This document shows, in pieces, positions 48,949 through 59,170 of a stretch of DNA of 64,000 bases. This stretch comes from an uncultured Methanosarcinales archaeon (GTDB lineage Archaea > Nanobdellota > Nanobdellia > Woesearchaeales > UBA9642), in contig CAZQDS010000001.1 in assembly GCA_964591655.1 (NCBI GenBank), positions 7,232-71,231 of the forward strand, written 5' to 3'. The position numbers and the translations under genes are program-made. Positions within the stretch are counted from its first letter, which is position 1. Each line of letters starts with the position of its first letter. The notes beneath the pieces are model-generated. The model was not told the DNA's origin and searched no databases. It worked only from the letters and a program-made list of their open reading frames with translations.

Positions 48949-49042
48949 GAAATAGTGGCGCTATATTATAAATATTGTTTTTTTGAAGAAGTATTAAAAA
49001 AAAGAAATAAAAATTTCAGAAATCGGCGATTTCTGAACCCCT

Positions 49043-49402
49043 TTACTCGTCATGCGCTAAAGCATAGATGGCTTTCAATGCGACTATGATTGTTGCTGGT
49101 ATGACGAATGTCATCAATGCTTTTAATGTTCCCTCTAGGAATTCGCCAACACCTGCGACAGCACCTAACGTAGTGCTTCCGAAGTTTGCCACGATTACTA
49201 GTGATATTGCTGCTAGTAAGAATGGTGTTGTCTCTCTTCCTGTCACATTTAGGAATCCTACTATCAATCCAAGCACTATCAATACTGTCGTAGTCACAGC
49301 GCCTGCTCCTGAGAAGATTCCTACTATCAAAGCAATTATAACACCAATTATAAATGCCCAGCTACCTACTTTTGCCAACAAATCTGTAGATCCTTTTGCC
49401 AT
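49043..49402 (-). CDS. small membrane protein (119 aa)
   Basis: Gly/Ala/Ile-rich, 3-4 TM helices. Confidence 0.4.
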   Translation of the reverse strand: MAKGSTDLLAKVGSWAFIIGVIIALIVGIFSGAGAVTTTVLIVLGLIVGFLNVTGRETTPFLLAAISLVIVANFGSTTLGAVAGVGEFLEGTLKALMTFVIPATIIVALKAIYALAHDE

Positions 49403-49512
49403 TTTTAATCACCCTCCAAAATAGTTGATCTATAGAGGATAAATGGTACATATTTATAAATTTTTCTTTAAGTCGTTTCCAGAAAATTTATAAAAAACAC
49501 CCCTTTCTTAGC

Positions 49513-50076
49513 ATGGGTGAGACCATGATAGGTTGGATAATTACCGGCGTAGCAGTATTCATTGTGTTTATACTGATAGTGATGTATAATAGGTTTGTTG
49601 TTCTAAGGAACAGGATAGATAATGCTTGGGCCCAGATCGATGTTCAGCTCAAGAGAAGGTATGATCTGATACCTAATCTTGTTGAGACTGTCAAGGGATA
49701 TGCGAAGCATGAGAAAAAGGTCTTCACAGAAGTGACAAAGGCAAGGACTGCCATGATGGAAGCGAAGACTATCCCCGAAAAAGCAAAAGCGAACAATATG
49801 CTGACTGAGACTTTGAAAAGCTTATTTGCTGTTGCAGAGAACTATCCTAAACTAGAGGCATCAGAGAATTTCAGGATGCTGCAGGAAGAGCTTTCAGGAA
49901 CAGAGAGCAAGATAGCATATGCAAGGCAGGCATACAACGATTCTGTGCTTTCATACAATAATGGCACACAGCAGTTCCCAGGAAGCATCGTTGCAGGGAT
50001 GTTCAATTTCAAGCAGAGAGATTTCTTCAAGACAGAAGGTGCAGAGAAAGAGAATGTTGCTGTGAAGTTCGAGTAA
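49513..50076 (+). CDS. lemA: LemA-family protein
   Basis: N-terminal TM plus '[23 protein letters not shown]...[25 protein letters not shown]' (LemA signature). Confidence 0.75.
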   Translation: MGETMIGWIITGVAVFIVFILIVMYNRFVVLRNRIDNAWAQIDVQLKRRYDLIPNLVETVKGYAKHEKKVFTEVTKARTAMMEAKTIPEKAKANNMLTETLKSLFAVAENYPKLEASENFRMLQEELSGTESKIAYARQAYNDSVLSYNNGTQQFPGSIVAGMFNFKQRDFFKTEGAEKENVAVKFE

Positions 50077-50106
50077 TTTTTTTAGTTTTTTTATCTTATC
50101 TAATCG

Positions 50107-51015
50107 GTGATATTGATGGCTAACGCATTCGACGAGGTAGCAAAGAATAAGTTCAAGAGTTATCTCTTGATGTTCTTATTTGCCGCGATATTGATAGGAT
50201 TGGCATATGTAATAGGGTTGTGGTATGGAAACGGTAGTCCTGCTATCATAATAGGTTTCATGTTCATCGCATTCATAATATCTATATGCATGGCGCTCGC
50301 AAGTTATTTCTGGGGCGATAAGGCAGCATTGCAGATAAGCAACGCGAGGCCGGCAGACAGGCGACAGCATGCACATTACATAAATAGTGTGGAAGGTTTG
50401 GCTATTGCTGCACAAGTTCCTGTCCCTAAAATCTATGTCATCCCGGACCAATCGATCAATGCTTTCGCTACAGGCCGCGATCCTGAGCATGCAAGCATTG
50501 CCGTAACTGAAGGCGCATTAAAAAAGTTGAATCGCGTAGAGCTTGAAGGAGTCATCGCACACGAGATGGCACATGTGAAGAATTATGATATGCGATTGAT
50601 GACTGTCACAGTGATCCTTGTCGGCCTGATAGCACTATTGAGCGATCTATTCATAAGAAGCATGTGGTTCGGTGGTGGGAAGAGCGATAACAACGGGAAG
50701 GGGAACGCAGTGATACTCCTCGTAGGGATTGCTCTTGCGATACTCGCACCCCTATTTGCAGAGTTGATCAAGCTGGCGATAAGCAGGAAGAGGGAATATG
50801 CTGCAGATGCAACGGGCGCAATACTCGGTAGACATCCTCAAGGTCTGGCCGATGCATTGAAAAAGATAAAGAAGGATTCCGAAGAGACAAAAGTCGCCAC
50901 GAAAGCGACAGCGCACCTATATTTCAGCAACCCATTCAAGAAAGGAGCGTTCTCCAGTCTATTCTCGACACATCCTCCGATAGAAGAAAGGATAAGAAGA
51001 TTAGAAGCAATGTAG
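50107..51015 (+). CDS. htpX: HtpX-like M48 zinc metalloprotease
   Basis: 'HEMAHVKNYD' (HExxH), downstream 'EYAAD'; 4 TM helices. Confidence 0.75.
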   Translation: MILMANAFDEVAKNKFKSYLLMFLFAAILIGLAYVIGLWYGNGSPAIIIGFMFIAFIISICMALASYFWGDKAALQISNARPADRRQHAHYINSVEGLAIAAQVPVPKIYVIPDQSINAFATGRDPEHASIAVTEGALKKLNRVELEGVIAHEMAHVKNYDMRLMTVTVILVGLIALLSDLFIRSMWFGGGKSDNNGKGNAVILLVGIALAILAPLFAELIKLAISRKREYAADATGAILGRHPQGLADALKKIKKDSEETKVATKATAHLYFSNPFKKGAFSSLFSTHPPIEERIRRLEAM

Positions 51016-51032
51016 GCTTTTCTAAATATTTT

Positions 51033-51689
51033 TTATTGTTTCAAAACAAACAATTCCTTATTCAGCAAATTTTTTTCTAGGAGAGAATTTATCCTGTCTT
51101 TAAGTGCCATTCTCTCTTCAAATAACATTTCGATAGGGTCCTTATGGTCTGATCGTCCATTAGTCCGTGAACACGCCTCATAAAAATCCACTATACTCAC
51201 CCATTTTGACAATTCGATGCCCGTCTCTAACGTGTCTTTCTCCATCTTTATCCCGTTAACCTCTTTCAACTCTTCAGGATAAGACCCGAAATAACTTTTA
51301 TCTTGATATTTATGATGATATCCTGACACTATTGCTGCAACAGGGAATATTTTTGCCAGAAGGGCATATCCTAATTCAGGATGCTTCTTTATAGGGTGTC
51401 CTTCTGGGGGTATGCTCCTGAACGCTTTTCCATCAGCATCGAACAGCTCTTTTGGGAGGAATGATTTCCCTATGTCATGCATCAATCCTGCAGTGATTAT
51501 TGTATTATCAGAAAACTCTTTGAACATTTCCTTAAGATTATATGTGCCTATGGCGATATATGTGGAATGCGTCAATAACGCATTATTCACGTCATGTAGT
51601 CTTTTCAGATTATTTTTTATGAATTTTTTCTCTACTTCTCCATAATTGCCGATTTCCAACAATCTATCTATGACTTTGTAGTATGTCAT
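51033..51689 (-). CDS. HD-domain phosphohydrolase
   Basis: 'AGLMHDIGKSFLP' HD motif. Confidence 0.55.
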   Translation of the reverse strand: MTYYKVIDRLLEIGNYGEVEKKFIKNNLKRLHDVNNALLTHSTYIAIGTYNLKEMFKEFSDNTIITAGLMHDIGKSFLPKELFDADGKAFRSIPPEGHPIKKHPELGYALLAKIFPVAAIVSGYHHKYQDKSYFGSYPEELKEVNGIKMEKDTLETGIELSKWVSIVDFYEACSRTNGRSDHKDPIEMLFEERMALKDRINSLLEKNLLNKELFVLKQ

Positions 51690-51693
51690 TCTC

Positions 51694-52464
51694 TCACTCT
51701 AGCAATGTCAATGCAAACATAGAAGCTATTCCTAGAAGCATCATCAAGACTTGAAGGACGCTTATCTTCAATGTCCCTTCCTCGTGAGCGCTCTTGTGCA
51801 GTTGAGGTATCAATGTTGCGGCAACGATATATATTAGCGTTCCCGCAGAGAATGGTAGAAGGAATGCTAGCAACCCCTCTGTTTTTATCAATATGAATCC
51901 TATTATTGCGCCTATTATCGCTGTTGCAGACACTAAAAGGTTGAACATTATCGCTTTAGTTTTTGAATATCCTCCTGCAAGAAGCACCGCGAAATCTCCT
52001 ATCTCTTGAGGTATCTCGTGAAGTATGACCGCTATGGTTGTCGCTATCCCTACAGGGATGCTTATGACGTAGCTTGTCGCTATTATTATTCCGTCTATGA
52101 AATTATGGAATGCGTCCCCGAAAAGGTTCATTGTCGCGAATGCGTGTGTGTGCTCCTTATGGGGCAGGTCTTTATTGTGTATGTGTCTATGCTTGTAGTG
52201 TATTATCTTCTCTATTATGAATGAGAATACTATCCCGAACAATATGTATGTCGATGTCGTTGTCGTCTCATATTCAGTGAATGCTTCTGGAAGGAGGTGT
52301 ATGAACACATCCCCTATCAGTACGCCTACTGCGAAGCTTATGACATAGATGAGTATTTTTTTTATCTTTGATTCCTTCAAGAAAAAAAGTATCACTCCTA
52401 CAAGAGAAAGTATGCTTACTATGACTACGCTCGATAGGCCGTATATCACTGTTTGTATATCCAT
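51694..52464 (-). CDS. ZIP-family metal (Zn/Fe) transporter
   Basis: 'HLLPEAF' and 'HEIPQEIGDFAVLL' ZIP signatures; about 8 TM helices. Confidence 0.7.
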   Translation of the reverse strand: MDIQTVIYGLSSVVIVSILSLVGVILFFLKESKIKKILIYVISFAVGVLIGDVFIHLLPEAFTEYETTTTSTYILFGIVFSFIIEKIIHYKHRHIHNKDLPHKEHTHAFATMNLFGDAFHNFIDGIIIATSYVISIPVGIATTIAVILHEIPQEIGDFAVLLAGGYSKTKAIMFNLLVSATAIIGAIIGFILIKTEGLLAFLLPFSAGTLIYIVAATLIPQLHKSAHEEGTLKISVLQVLMMLLGIASMFALTLLE

Positions 52465-52547
52465 GTAGTTGGTAACTTAGAGGTATTTATATATCTTACT
52501 GGACATCCCCCCAAAACCTATTTAAACATGGTTCTGTTCTCTTTTTC

Positions 52548-54122
52548 ATGCTTCAGCTTCATCAGACATTATCATATTATAAGAGAAAAGAGGTCCAGAA
52601 ACTTCTTCTCATGTATGCGCAGGACAAGGAGATTGCCGTGCGTTATAATGAATCATTCGGGAAGCGTCCTGATGCATTGATGTACGAGAATGATGTGCTT
52701 GAATCTGCAAAGAAGGGCGCGACAAGTTTCCATTGCTCTGAAGAGCTATGGACTAATCCGTTGCAGATAAATCCTAACCTGAAAAAGAACGAGATCGATG
52801 ATCTGCGTAAAGGATGGGACTTGATACTGGACATAGATTGTCCTTATTGGACATTCTCAAGGCTTGCAGCTTACGTTTTCATCAAAGCATTGAAGGATCA
52901 CGGCGTCAGTTCTGTGACAGTTAAATTCTCAGGAAGCAAGGGATTCCATATTGCTGTGCCTTTCGAGGCATTCCCGAAGAAGCAATATTATCTTGACGGG
53001 AAATATTATGCTGTAAAAGAATTGTTCCCTGAAGGACCGAGAAGGATTGCGGCATATCTTGTCGATTACGCTGATAAGACATTGATAAAGATAGATGATG
53101 AGAAGATCACTTTCGGGAAGGTCTCTGTCCCTATAAGCAAGCTTGAGTCAGAGACAGGAACTAAGCGAGCGGACATGATTGTTACGAAATGCAACAAGTG
53201 CAATTCATCAATAACTGAGATGAAACAGTCAAGGATACAGTATATCTGTCCTAATTGCGAATACTCTGTAGAGGATGCAGATAAACAGTTCATGCAATGC
53301 CCGAAATGCAAGAAGATAATGGAGAAACATTCCTTGAATAAGAGCATCTGTAAATGCGGCTCTAATTCTGTAAGGACAGAATTCGACCTCTCAAAGATAG
53401 TCGCGGTCGACACGATACTGATAAGTTCCAGGCATCTTTACAGGATGCCATATTCTCTGCACGAGAAAACAGGATTAGTGTCTATGCCTTTCGACATAAA
53501 GCACATATTGAAATTTGAGAAATCAGAGGCCTCACCTGATAAGTTCAAGCCATACAAATTCTTAGACCGCACGGAATGTAAAGTCGATGAGGCAGAACAA
53601 TTATTCCAGAAAGCATTCGATTTCCAGACAGAGAAACAGAAGAAAGACATCTTGAAGAAAGATTACGTGAAAGAATACGGTTCAGGCAAAGGACAGGACA
53701 TGGAAGGGAATGCGCAGGCTGTCCCTGAAGAATATTTCCCTCCATGCATAAAGAAGATATCTTCCGGTTTGGAAGACGGGAAGAAAAGGGCATTGTTGAT
53801 ATTGATAAATTTCCTTTCATCATGCAATTGGCCTCATGAAAAGATTGAGGAGTATGTTTTGAAATGGAATGAAAGGAATTCTCCGGATAAACTTCGTGAA
53901 ACTTATATCAAAGGACAATTACGTTATCATAAGACACAGAAGGAGAAATTATCTCCTCCTAATTGCGACAATCGCGGATACATGATCGACACACAATTCT
54001 GCCAGCCAGACGAATTCTGCAAAAAGATCAAGAATCCCGCACAATATGCATCAAGGAAAGTATGGATGGCGAACAACGCTGGCGGAAGAAAGAAGAAGGC
54101 GGGGAAGAAGGGCGCGAATTGA
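52548..54122 (+). CDS. DNA primase, single-chain PriS catalytic domain fused to a PriL-CTD-like Cys-rich domain
   Basis: PriS catalytic 'LILDIDCPYW' (DxD) and 'FSGSKGFHIAVPF'. Internal Zn knuckles 'CNKCNSS...CPNCEY' and 'CPKCKK...CKCGSN'. C-terminal ~150 aa with four spaced Cys ('PPCIKKI', 'SSCNWPHEKIEEYVLKW', 'PPNCDN', 'FCQPDEFC'), consistent with a PriL-like 4Fe-4S module. 524 aa. Confidence 0.7.
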   Translation: MLQLHQTLSYYKRKEVQKLLLMYAQDKEIAVRYNESFGKRPDALMYENDVLESAKKGATSFHCSEELWTNPLQINPNLKKNEIDDLRKGWDLILDIDCPYWTFSRLAAYVFIKALKDHGVSSVTVKFSGSKGFHIAVPFEAFPKKQYYLDGKYYAVKELFPEGPRRIAAYLVDYADKTLIKIDDEKITFGKVSVPISKLESETGTKRADMIVTKCNKCNSSITEMKQSRIQYICPNCEYSVEDADKQFMQCPKCKKIMEKHSLNKSICKCGSNSVRTEFDLSKIVAVDTILISSRHLYRMPYSLHEKTGLVSMPFDIKHILKFEKSEASPDKFKPYKFLDRTECKVDEAEQLFQKAFDFQTEKQKKDILKKDYVKEYGSGKGQDMEGNAQAVPEEYFPPCIKKISSGLEDGKKRALLILINFLSSCNWPHEKIEEYVLKWNERNSPDKLRETYIKGQLRYHKTQKEKLSPPNCDNRGYMIDTQFCQPDEFCKKIKNPAQYASRKVWMANNAGGRKKKAGKKGAN

Positions 54123-54182
54123 AAATAAAATCCGTCAAACTCTTTGATCATTCGAAACTCAGCTAAACTGCGTTCGCAGAGT

Positions 54183-54383
54183 TTATTTTTCAGAAAGAAT
54201 ATAGAGACTCATCGAACAAAAAATGCCTTTAGCGAAGAAATATATCCCTATAGCAACCCACATGAAACTTTCCTCAAAATCCATGCGAGAATAATATAGC
54301 ATAATTGCTGCGGCAAGAGTGCATAATATAAATATAAGTATGCTCGCAAACGGAACCAATTTTCGTATGAATTGCAACGACAT
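54183..54383 (-). CDS. small membrane protein (66 aa)
   Basis: Two hydrophobic helices; weak. Confidence 0.25.
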   Translation of the reverse strand: MSLQFIRKLVPFASILIFILCTLAAAIMLYYSRMDFEESFMWVAIGIYFFAKGIFCSMSLYILSEK

Positions 54384-54463
54384 GGTATAATCATATTACT
54401 AAGCCTATTTATATCTTTCGGAAAAATAACTTGAAACTAATCGATATCAGTTTCTCAAAAGAA

Positions 54464-55381
54464 TTACAATTTCACTTTCATGAAATCATATGCGACTTCT
54501 ACGTTCTCATAGACGTCTCTGGCGTCTTCTAACACCTCGCCAGGTGTCTTGTATCTTTGTGAGATGTGTGTCAATATGAGTTTTTTTGAATTAGAGTTTG
54601 ATGCGAGCAATGCTGCCTGTTTTGCAGTCAAGTGCTTGTTGTTCTCTGCTTTTTCTTCTATTGCAGATGAATAAGATGCCTCGCATATCAACAAGTCCGC
54701 ATCTTCGGCAACGAGTGATGCGCCAGGGCATAATCCCGTGTCTAAGACTATGCCGATTTTTTTACCTCTCTTGATTGTAGAGACCATGTCTGGAGTGATT
54801 GTCTTCCCCCCTAATTGTACGTCTATCCCTTTCTGTATCTTCCCGATTAATGGTCCTTCAGTCAATCCGATTGCCGAAGCCTTCTTCATATCTATCTTCC
54901 TCACATCCTTTTCTATGAATCTGTATCCCAAGCAGGGTATTCCATGATCAAGTGCTGCAGCCTCTATGTAGAATTCCTCCTTGTCAAGAACGACCATCTT
55001 CTCATTCTTCTTAGGATTTATCTCATGCACTTGCATCATCAGCTTATTATCGAATATGCATGTTTGCAGGAGATGTTCAATCCTTTTTTCAGTCTCTCTA
55101 GGGCCGAATATCACTAATTTTTTCCTATCCTCATTCTGCGCATTCTGATTGCCAAGGGTCTGTATCAATCCGATCAATCCGGACACATGATCCCCGTGCC
55201 AATGGGATATGAGAACATGTGTGACTTTATTCCTGTTTATCCCTGCAATATTCATCTGCCTCTGCGTTCCTTCTCCGCAATCGAACAGCAATCCGTAAGT
55301 GTCATAACTAAGAAAGATTCCCGTCACGTTTCTCTCCTTTGTAGGCACCATGCAAGATGTGCCTAAGAATGTGAGCTCCAT
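54464..55381 (-). CDS. rnz: ribonuclease Z (tRNA 3' endonuclease)
   Basis: 'VLISHWHGDHVSGLIGL' metallo-beta-lactamase motif; short-form tRNase Z length (305 aa). Confidence 0.8.
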   Translation of the reverse strand: MELTFLGTSCMVPTKERNVTGIFLSYDTYGLLFDCGEGTQRQMNIAGINRNKVTHVLISHWHGDHVSGLIGLIQTLGNQNAQNEDRKKLVIFGPRETEKRIEHLLQTCIFDNKLMMQVHEINPKKNEKMVVLDKEEFYIEAAALDHGIPCLGYRFIEKDVRKIDMKKASAIGLTEGPLIGKIQKGIDVQLGGKTITPDMVSTIKRGKKIGIVLDTGLCPGASLVAEDADLLICEASYSSAIEEKAENNKHLTAKQAALLASNSNSKKLILTHISQRYKTPGEVLEDARDVYENVEVAYDFMKVKL

Positions 55382-55413
55382 GATATATTAGAATAGAAAT
55401 AGGTTTATAAAGT

Positions 55414-55968
55414 TTAAGGGTCGTATTGTTTCAGCGGTTCTGTAAAAATAAGGACATAATTATCCATCTCTTTTTCATCTTGTAGCATCATGGAAGGGAC
55501 CTTCATCGCCAGATAATTATTTCCTATAAAATATCTCGGGGCATATTGATGGATGTTCCATTTTCTTGTAGAAAATGTTTTTTTGCTCAACGGTATTATT
55601 ATTGAGAAGTCTTGCAAGATTATATCTACGCTTTCTTTGATGACGTTGAATGGCACGAGGCGATTCTTTAATAGGCCTCCGAATTTTGAATTTTCGGAAT
55701 ATCTGACGTCCGATACTTCTTGCGCAGGATGTTTTCTCCATCTCGTGTTTTTTTTGACATAGACTGTCGCAAACTTATTTTTTATGAGGGATAATTTATT
55801 TGCATGATACTTTGCTTGGCTTTGTGAAAGCGGTTCTTTGGCGCTTATTATCATCCCCTCAAGACTGTTGCTTATGATTTCATCAACATTCATCCAATTC
55901 ATATTGTTAGTATTCTCTAGTGGTATATAAATTTTTTTCTTATTAGCCAAACATTTAAAAACCGTCAT
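55414..55968 (-). CDS. hypothetical protein (184 aa)
   Basis: ORF only. Confidence 0.3.
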   Translation of the reverse strand: MTVFKCLANKKKIYIPLENTNNMNWMNVDEIISNSLEGMIISAKEPLSQSQAKYHANKLSLIKNKFATVYVKKNTRWRKHPAQEVSDVRYSENSKFGGLLKNRLVPFNVIKESVDIILQDFSIIIPLSKKTFSTRKWNIHQYAPRYFIGNNYLAMKVPSMMLQDEKEMDNYVLIFTEPLKQYDP

Positions 55969-55976
55969 TCCATTCT

Positions 55977-56585
55977 ATGATAATGCCTGAAGAGCTAATA
56001 GATGCAGACCTGTCGAAACTTAAAGTCAAGGACATAATAATAGATAGCAAACCGAGAAAGGAGAAGGTCAAGGCAGTATTTGCGAACGAAAGAGTGATCG
56101 CTGATGCATCTGATGAATCAAGAGAATTATATAATCAATCCAGATACGGGACAACACTCGAATCAGGGAAATTGCAGTTATCGCTCCTTGAAGCGCTTTA
56201 TCTGATGGAGAAGAACAGGCTCGAGTTGAGAGATTCGAGGAGCAAGGTCTTGAATTTTGAATCATTGCTGAAGAAAGCCACCAAGTTAGAGCCGAATTTC
56301 TATATACGATATTGTGTATTCAAGGACATGCGAAATCGGGGATACATAATAAAGACTGCATTGAAGTTCGGTGCAGACTTCAGGGTATATGATAGAGGTG
56401 TCAAGCCCGGCGAGGACCATGCACGATGGATAATCTATCCTGTCCATGAAGGATCAACACTTACGTGGTATGAGTTCGCGGCAAAGAACAGAGTAGCACA
56501 TTCTACGAAGAAGAGATTGATGATGGGCATAGTAGATGATGAAGGAGACGTCACATATTACGAGATAAAATGGCTAAAGCCGTAA
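55977..56585 (+). CDS. endA: tRNA-splicing endonuclease
   Basis: Catalytic domain 'RGYIIKTALKFGADFRVYDRG...HARWIIYPV' (conserved Y, H, K context). Confidence 0.75.
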   Translation: MIMPEELIDADLSKLKVKDIIIDSKPRKEKVKAVFANERVIADASDESRELYNQSRYGTTLESGKLQLSLLEALYLMEKNRLELRDSRSKVLNFESLLKKATKLEPNFYIRYCVFKDMRNRGYIIKTALKFGADFRVYDRGVKPGEDHARWIIYPVHEGSTLTWYEFAAKNRVAHSTKKRLMMGIVDDEGDVTYYEIKWLKP

Positions 56586-56980
56586 TCCACAAAATTGTTG
56601 CAGTCGTCATACGGGATAATAAGTTCTTTATGGTCCGCAAGAAGGGAAAAGACATATGGACCAGTTTAGGCGGCAAGCCTGAAAAAGGAGAGACTGAGGA
56701 AGAGGCCCTTCTGAGAGAGATTAATGAAGAGATACATTGTAAGGCCATGGTCTTGAGAAAGCTTGGAGATTTCACTGCTAAAGCAGTATTCGATGATGCG
56801 CTTGTAGTGTTATCCACGTATCTTGTAGATTTAGATGGAGACATCAAGCTCGACGATCCTGAACTTGAAGAGTGTGCGTTCATAGGTGCAGATTACAAGG
56901 ATAATGGAATCAAGTTACCTCCATCGATAGAGGAGCAGATAATCCCCTATTGCATAGAGAATAAATTGTTGTATTGGTAA
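56570..56980 (+). CDS. NUDIX hydrolase
   Basis: Nudix box 'GGKPEKGETEEEALLREINEEIHC'. Confidence 0.6.
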   Translation: MAKAVIHKIVAVVIRDNKFFMVRKKGKDIWTSLGGKPEKGETEEEALLREINEEIHCKAMVLRKLGDFTAKAVFDDALVVLSTYLVDLDGDIKLDDPELEECAFIGADYKDNGIKLPPSIEEQIIPYCIENKLLYW

Positions 56981-57061
56981 ACATTTATCGTCATCAATAC
57001 TTTTAATAATATTACTACTGTAAAGAGATAACTTTATAAACTCTTTTTTAATTCTATAAAA

Positions 57062-58015
57062 ATGACTTATTTCGGATTAGACATATTGCCTGCCAAGATT
57101 AATGGCAAGACAGAATTGATTATTGGAGAAATCGGCGGGATAGATACTGGCAGAGTAGGATTCAGTTTGTTATATGATGATAATCGTGTAAATGAGCAAA
57201 TTCGGAGCATGATAAATCTGCGGTATGGAGAGGTGTTGTTCAATAATGGACTATTCAATACGGTCTTTCAAAAAACGGGGTTAAGCGATTATGATTCTGT
57301 TCTAGAGTATGCTTCGAGAAATCTTTTTCAGCAATTTAATGATGATTCAATCTATGTAGAGAGTCCACAGAATCCATTCGGCAAAGAAATTTACTTGGGG
57401 CAGGAGGGGTCATATGTCGCGAACGCGATTAATCCGCCAAAAGGCCCTAAATTAATCAATCCATTTATTGCGCAATATGCGGCAAGAGACAAGGCAAGCC
57501 AATTATTCATAATATCGCATTTCAAAAACAGCATACCATACATACGCGGCGAGATATATGGTGCAAAAGACTCGGACTTATGTGCGATATTGGGACCGAC
57601 AGACAAGGTTGTCGTCAAGCAAAGCACAGGCTCATGTGGCGTAGGCATTGCTGTGCTTTCCAGGAAAGAGATTGTCAGGCGTTCAAGGAATTGGGAGAAA
57701 ACCGGTGATGAATTGGCTTCAAGCCCAGATACTGTAAAGAACCGCTCACTCAGGATAATGCAGCCATTTTATGACACATCTATATCGAATGGCATATATG
57801 GGTCTATACGCTCGGTCGTATGTAATGAGGAATTCGTGGACGCATACATGAGAGTTTCAGAAGATCCCATAGTAAATCTTTCTAGAAATGCAGAGCCGGT
57901 ATCATTGGATGGCGGTTTGAAGAGAGAGGTTGCGAGACTTTCTGAAATGGTTGTTGCTGAGTTCTTAAGGATATCTGCACTTGCAGAGAAGGAGATGCTT
58001 TCTGAGGAAGAGTGA
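57062..58015 (+). CDS. ATP-grasp-like ligase
   Basis: 'KVVVKQSTGSCGVGIAVL' resembles the ATP-grasp phosphate-binding loop; weak. Confidence 0.35.
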   Translation: MTYFGLDILPAKINGKTELIIGEIGGIDTGRVGFSLLYDDNRVNEQIRSMINLRYGEVLFNNGLFNTVFQKTGLSDYDSVLEYASRNLFQQFNDDSIYVESPQNPFGKEIYLGQEGSYVANAINPPKGPKLINPFIAQYAARDKASQLFIISHFKNSIPYIRGEIYGAKDSDLCAILGPTDKVVVKQSTGSCGVGIAVLSRKEIVRRSRNWEKTGDELASSPDTVKNRSLRIMQPFYDTSISNGIYGSIRSVVCNEEFVDAYMRVSEDPIVNLSRNAEPVSLDGGLKREVARLSEMVVAEFLRISALAEKEMLSEEE

Positions 58016-58054
58016 GTTGCTTTGTAGGATAAGTTTTTCTCTCACGATTTTAAA

Positions 58055-58107
58055 TACTTACAATGTAAGTAATTAAAGAAGGCATATTAATACTTACAAT
58101 GTAAGTA
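58055..58107. promoter_or_regulatory. two copies of a perfect 17-bp palindrome upstream of 58210
   Basis: tacttaca-a-tgtaagta at 58055..58071 and 58091..58107. A TATA-like 'tatttaaa' sits about 25 bp upstream of the ATG at 58210. Confidence 0.45.
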
Positions 58108-58209
58108 TAGATATCTTTCTGTGTTTCTCAACATGTCAGAATTGTTCAATGCGTGTTTTAGTGGACAATTCTTGACAAATTATTTAAACCATTACAATTC
58201 TTTAGTAGT

Positions 58210-59163
58210 ATGCTTCAGAACATCCCTAAAGAAAAAATCCTTGAGATAGTGAAACAAGGCCCCACAATCCCGAGCAAGATAGTGAAGATTGTAGGTGGGG
58301 ACACGATGCTCATAGGGGCAATACTCTCAACTATGATAAGCACAGGAGAGGTTAAATATTCCACATTGAAAGTCGGCGGCTCTCCAGTCTATTATGTGCC
58401 TGAACAAGAGGCAAAGTTGGAAGAGTTCATACAATACCTCAATGACAAGGATCAGAAAGTCGCGAGGGCGTTGAAAGAGCAGAAAATTATGCTGGATTCG
58501 AGACAGGACTCGTTGACGAAATTCTCACTCAAGACAATTAAAGACTTTGCAAAGGCATTCGAAGTCAACAACAACGGGAAGAACGAATTATTCTATAGAT
58601 ATTTCCTTATTTCAAAGGAAGATGCTGAATCGCTTGCGAAAGAGATGTTGAAAGAGCACGCCATTATCAGAGAAGCAGAAAAAGAGGCAGCGGCAGAGAA
58701 AGAAGAGGTCGTGACAGCATCTGAAGCTGCCGAAGAGCCTGTGGAAGAACCTGTCAAAGCGACAAAACACCATAAACCAGAAGAGACTCACCATGAGAAA
58801 AAAATAGTGTCGCCGGATGAAGAAAAACATGAGAAAACAAAAGAGAAAACACGTGAGGAGAAGAAAGACTTCTTCGAAGCGATAAAAGAATATGTGCATA
58901 ATGCCGGCTTGGACATAATCAGCAAAGAAAAAATAAAAAAGACGGAATATTCGTTAGTCTTGAAGAATCATGACTCAAACGAGTACATATATTGCATCGC
59001 GAAGGACAAGAAAGCAATAAATGAAGGAGATCTGAGCACTGCTTTCGTCTTTTCTCATCAGAAGAAGATGCCATGCATATTCCTTATGACCGGTAAGCTC
59101 ACGAAAAAAGCGGAATCGATGTCACAGAAAGAGTTCAAGGACATGAAGATAGAACAGTTGTGA
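58210..59163 (+). CDS. hypothetical protein with N-terminal wH-like domain and acidic/charged low-complexity middle
   Basis: N-terminus 'ILEIVKQGPTIPSKIVKIVGG...STGEVKYSTLKVGGSPVYYV' (possible winged helix); 'EKEAAAEKEEVVTASEAAEEPVEEPV' linker. Confidence 0.35.
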   Translation: MLQNIPKEKILEIVKQGPTIPSKIVKIVGGDTMLIGAILSTMISTGEVKYSTLKVGGSPVYYVPEQEAKLEEFIQYLNDKDQKVARALKEQKIMLDSRQDSLTKFSLKTIKDFAKAFEVNNNGKNELFYRYFLISKEDAESLAKEMLKEHAIIREAEKEAAAEKEEVVTASEAAEEPVEEPVKATKHHKPEETHHEKKIVSPDEEKHEKTKEKTREEKKDFFEAIKEYVHNAGLDIISKEKIKKTEYSLVLKNHDSNEYIYCIAKDKKAINEGDLSTAFVFSHQKKMPCIFLMTGKLTKKAESMSQKEFKDMKIEQL

Positions 59164-59170
59164 TCATCAA

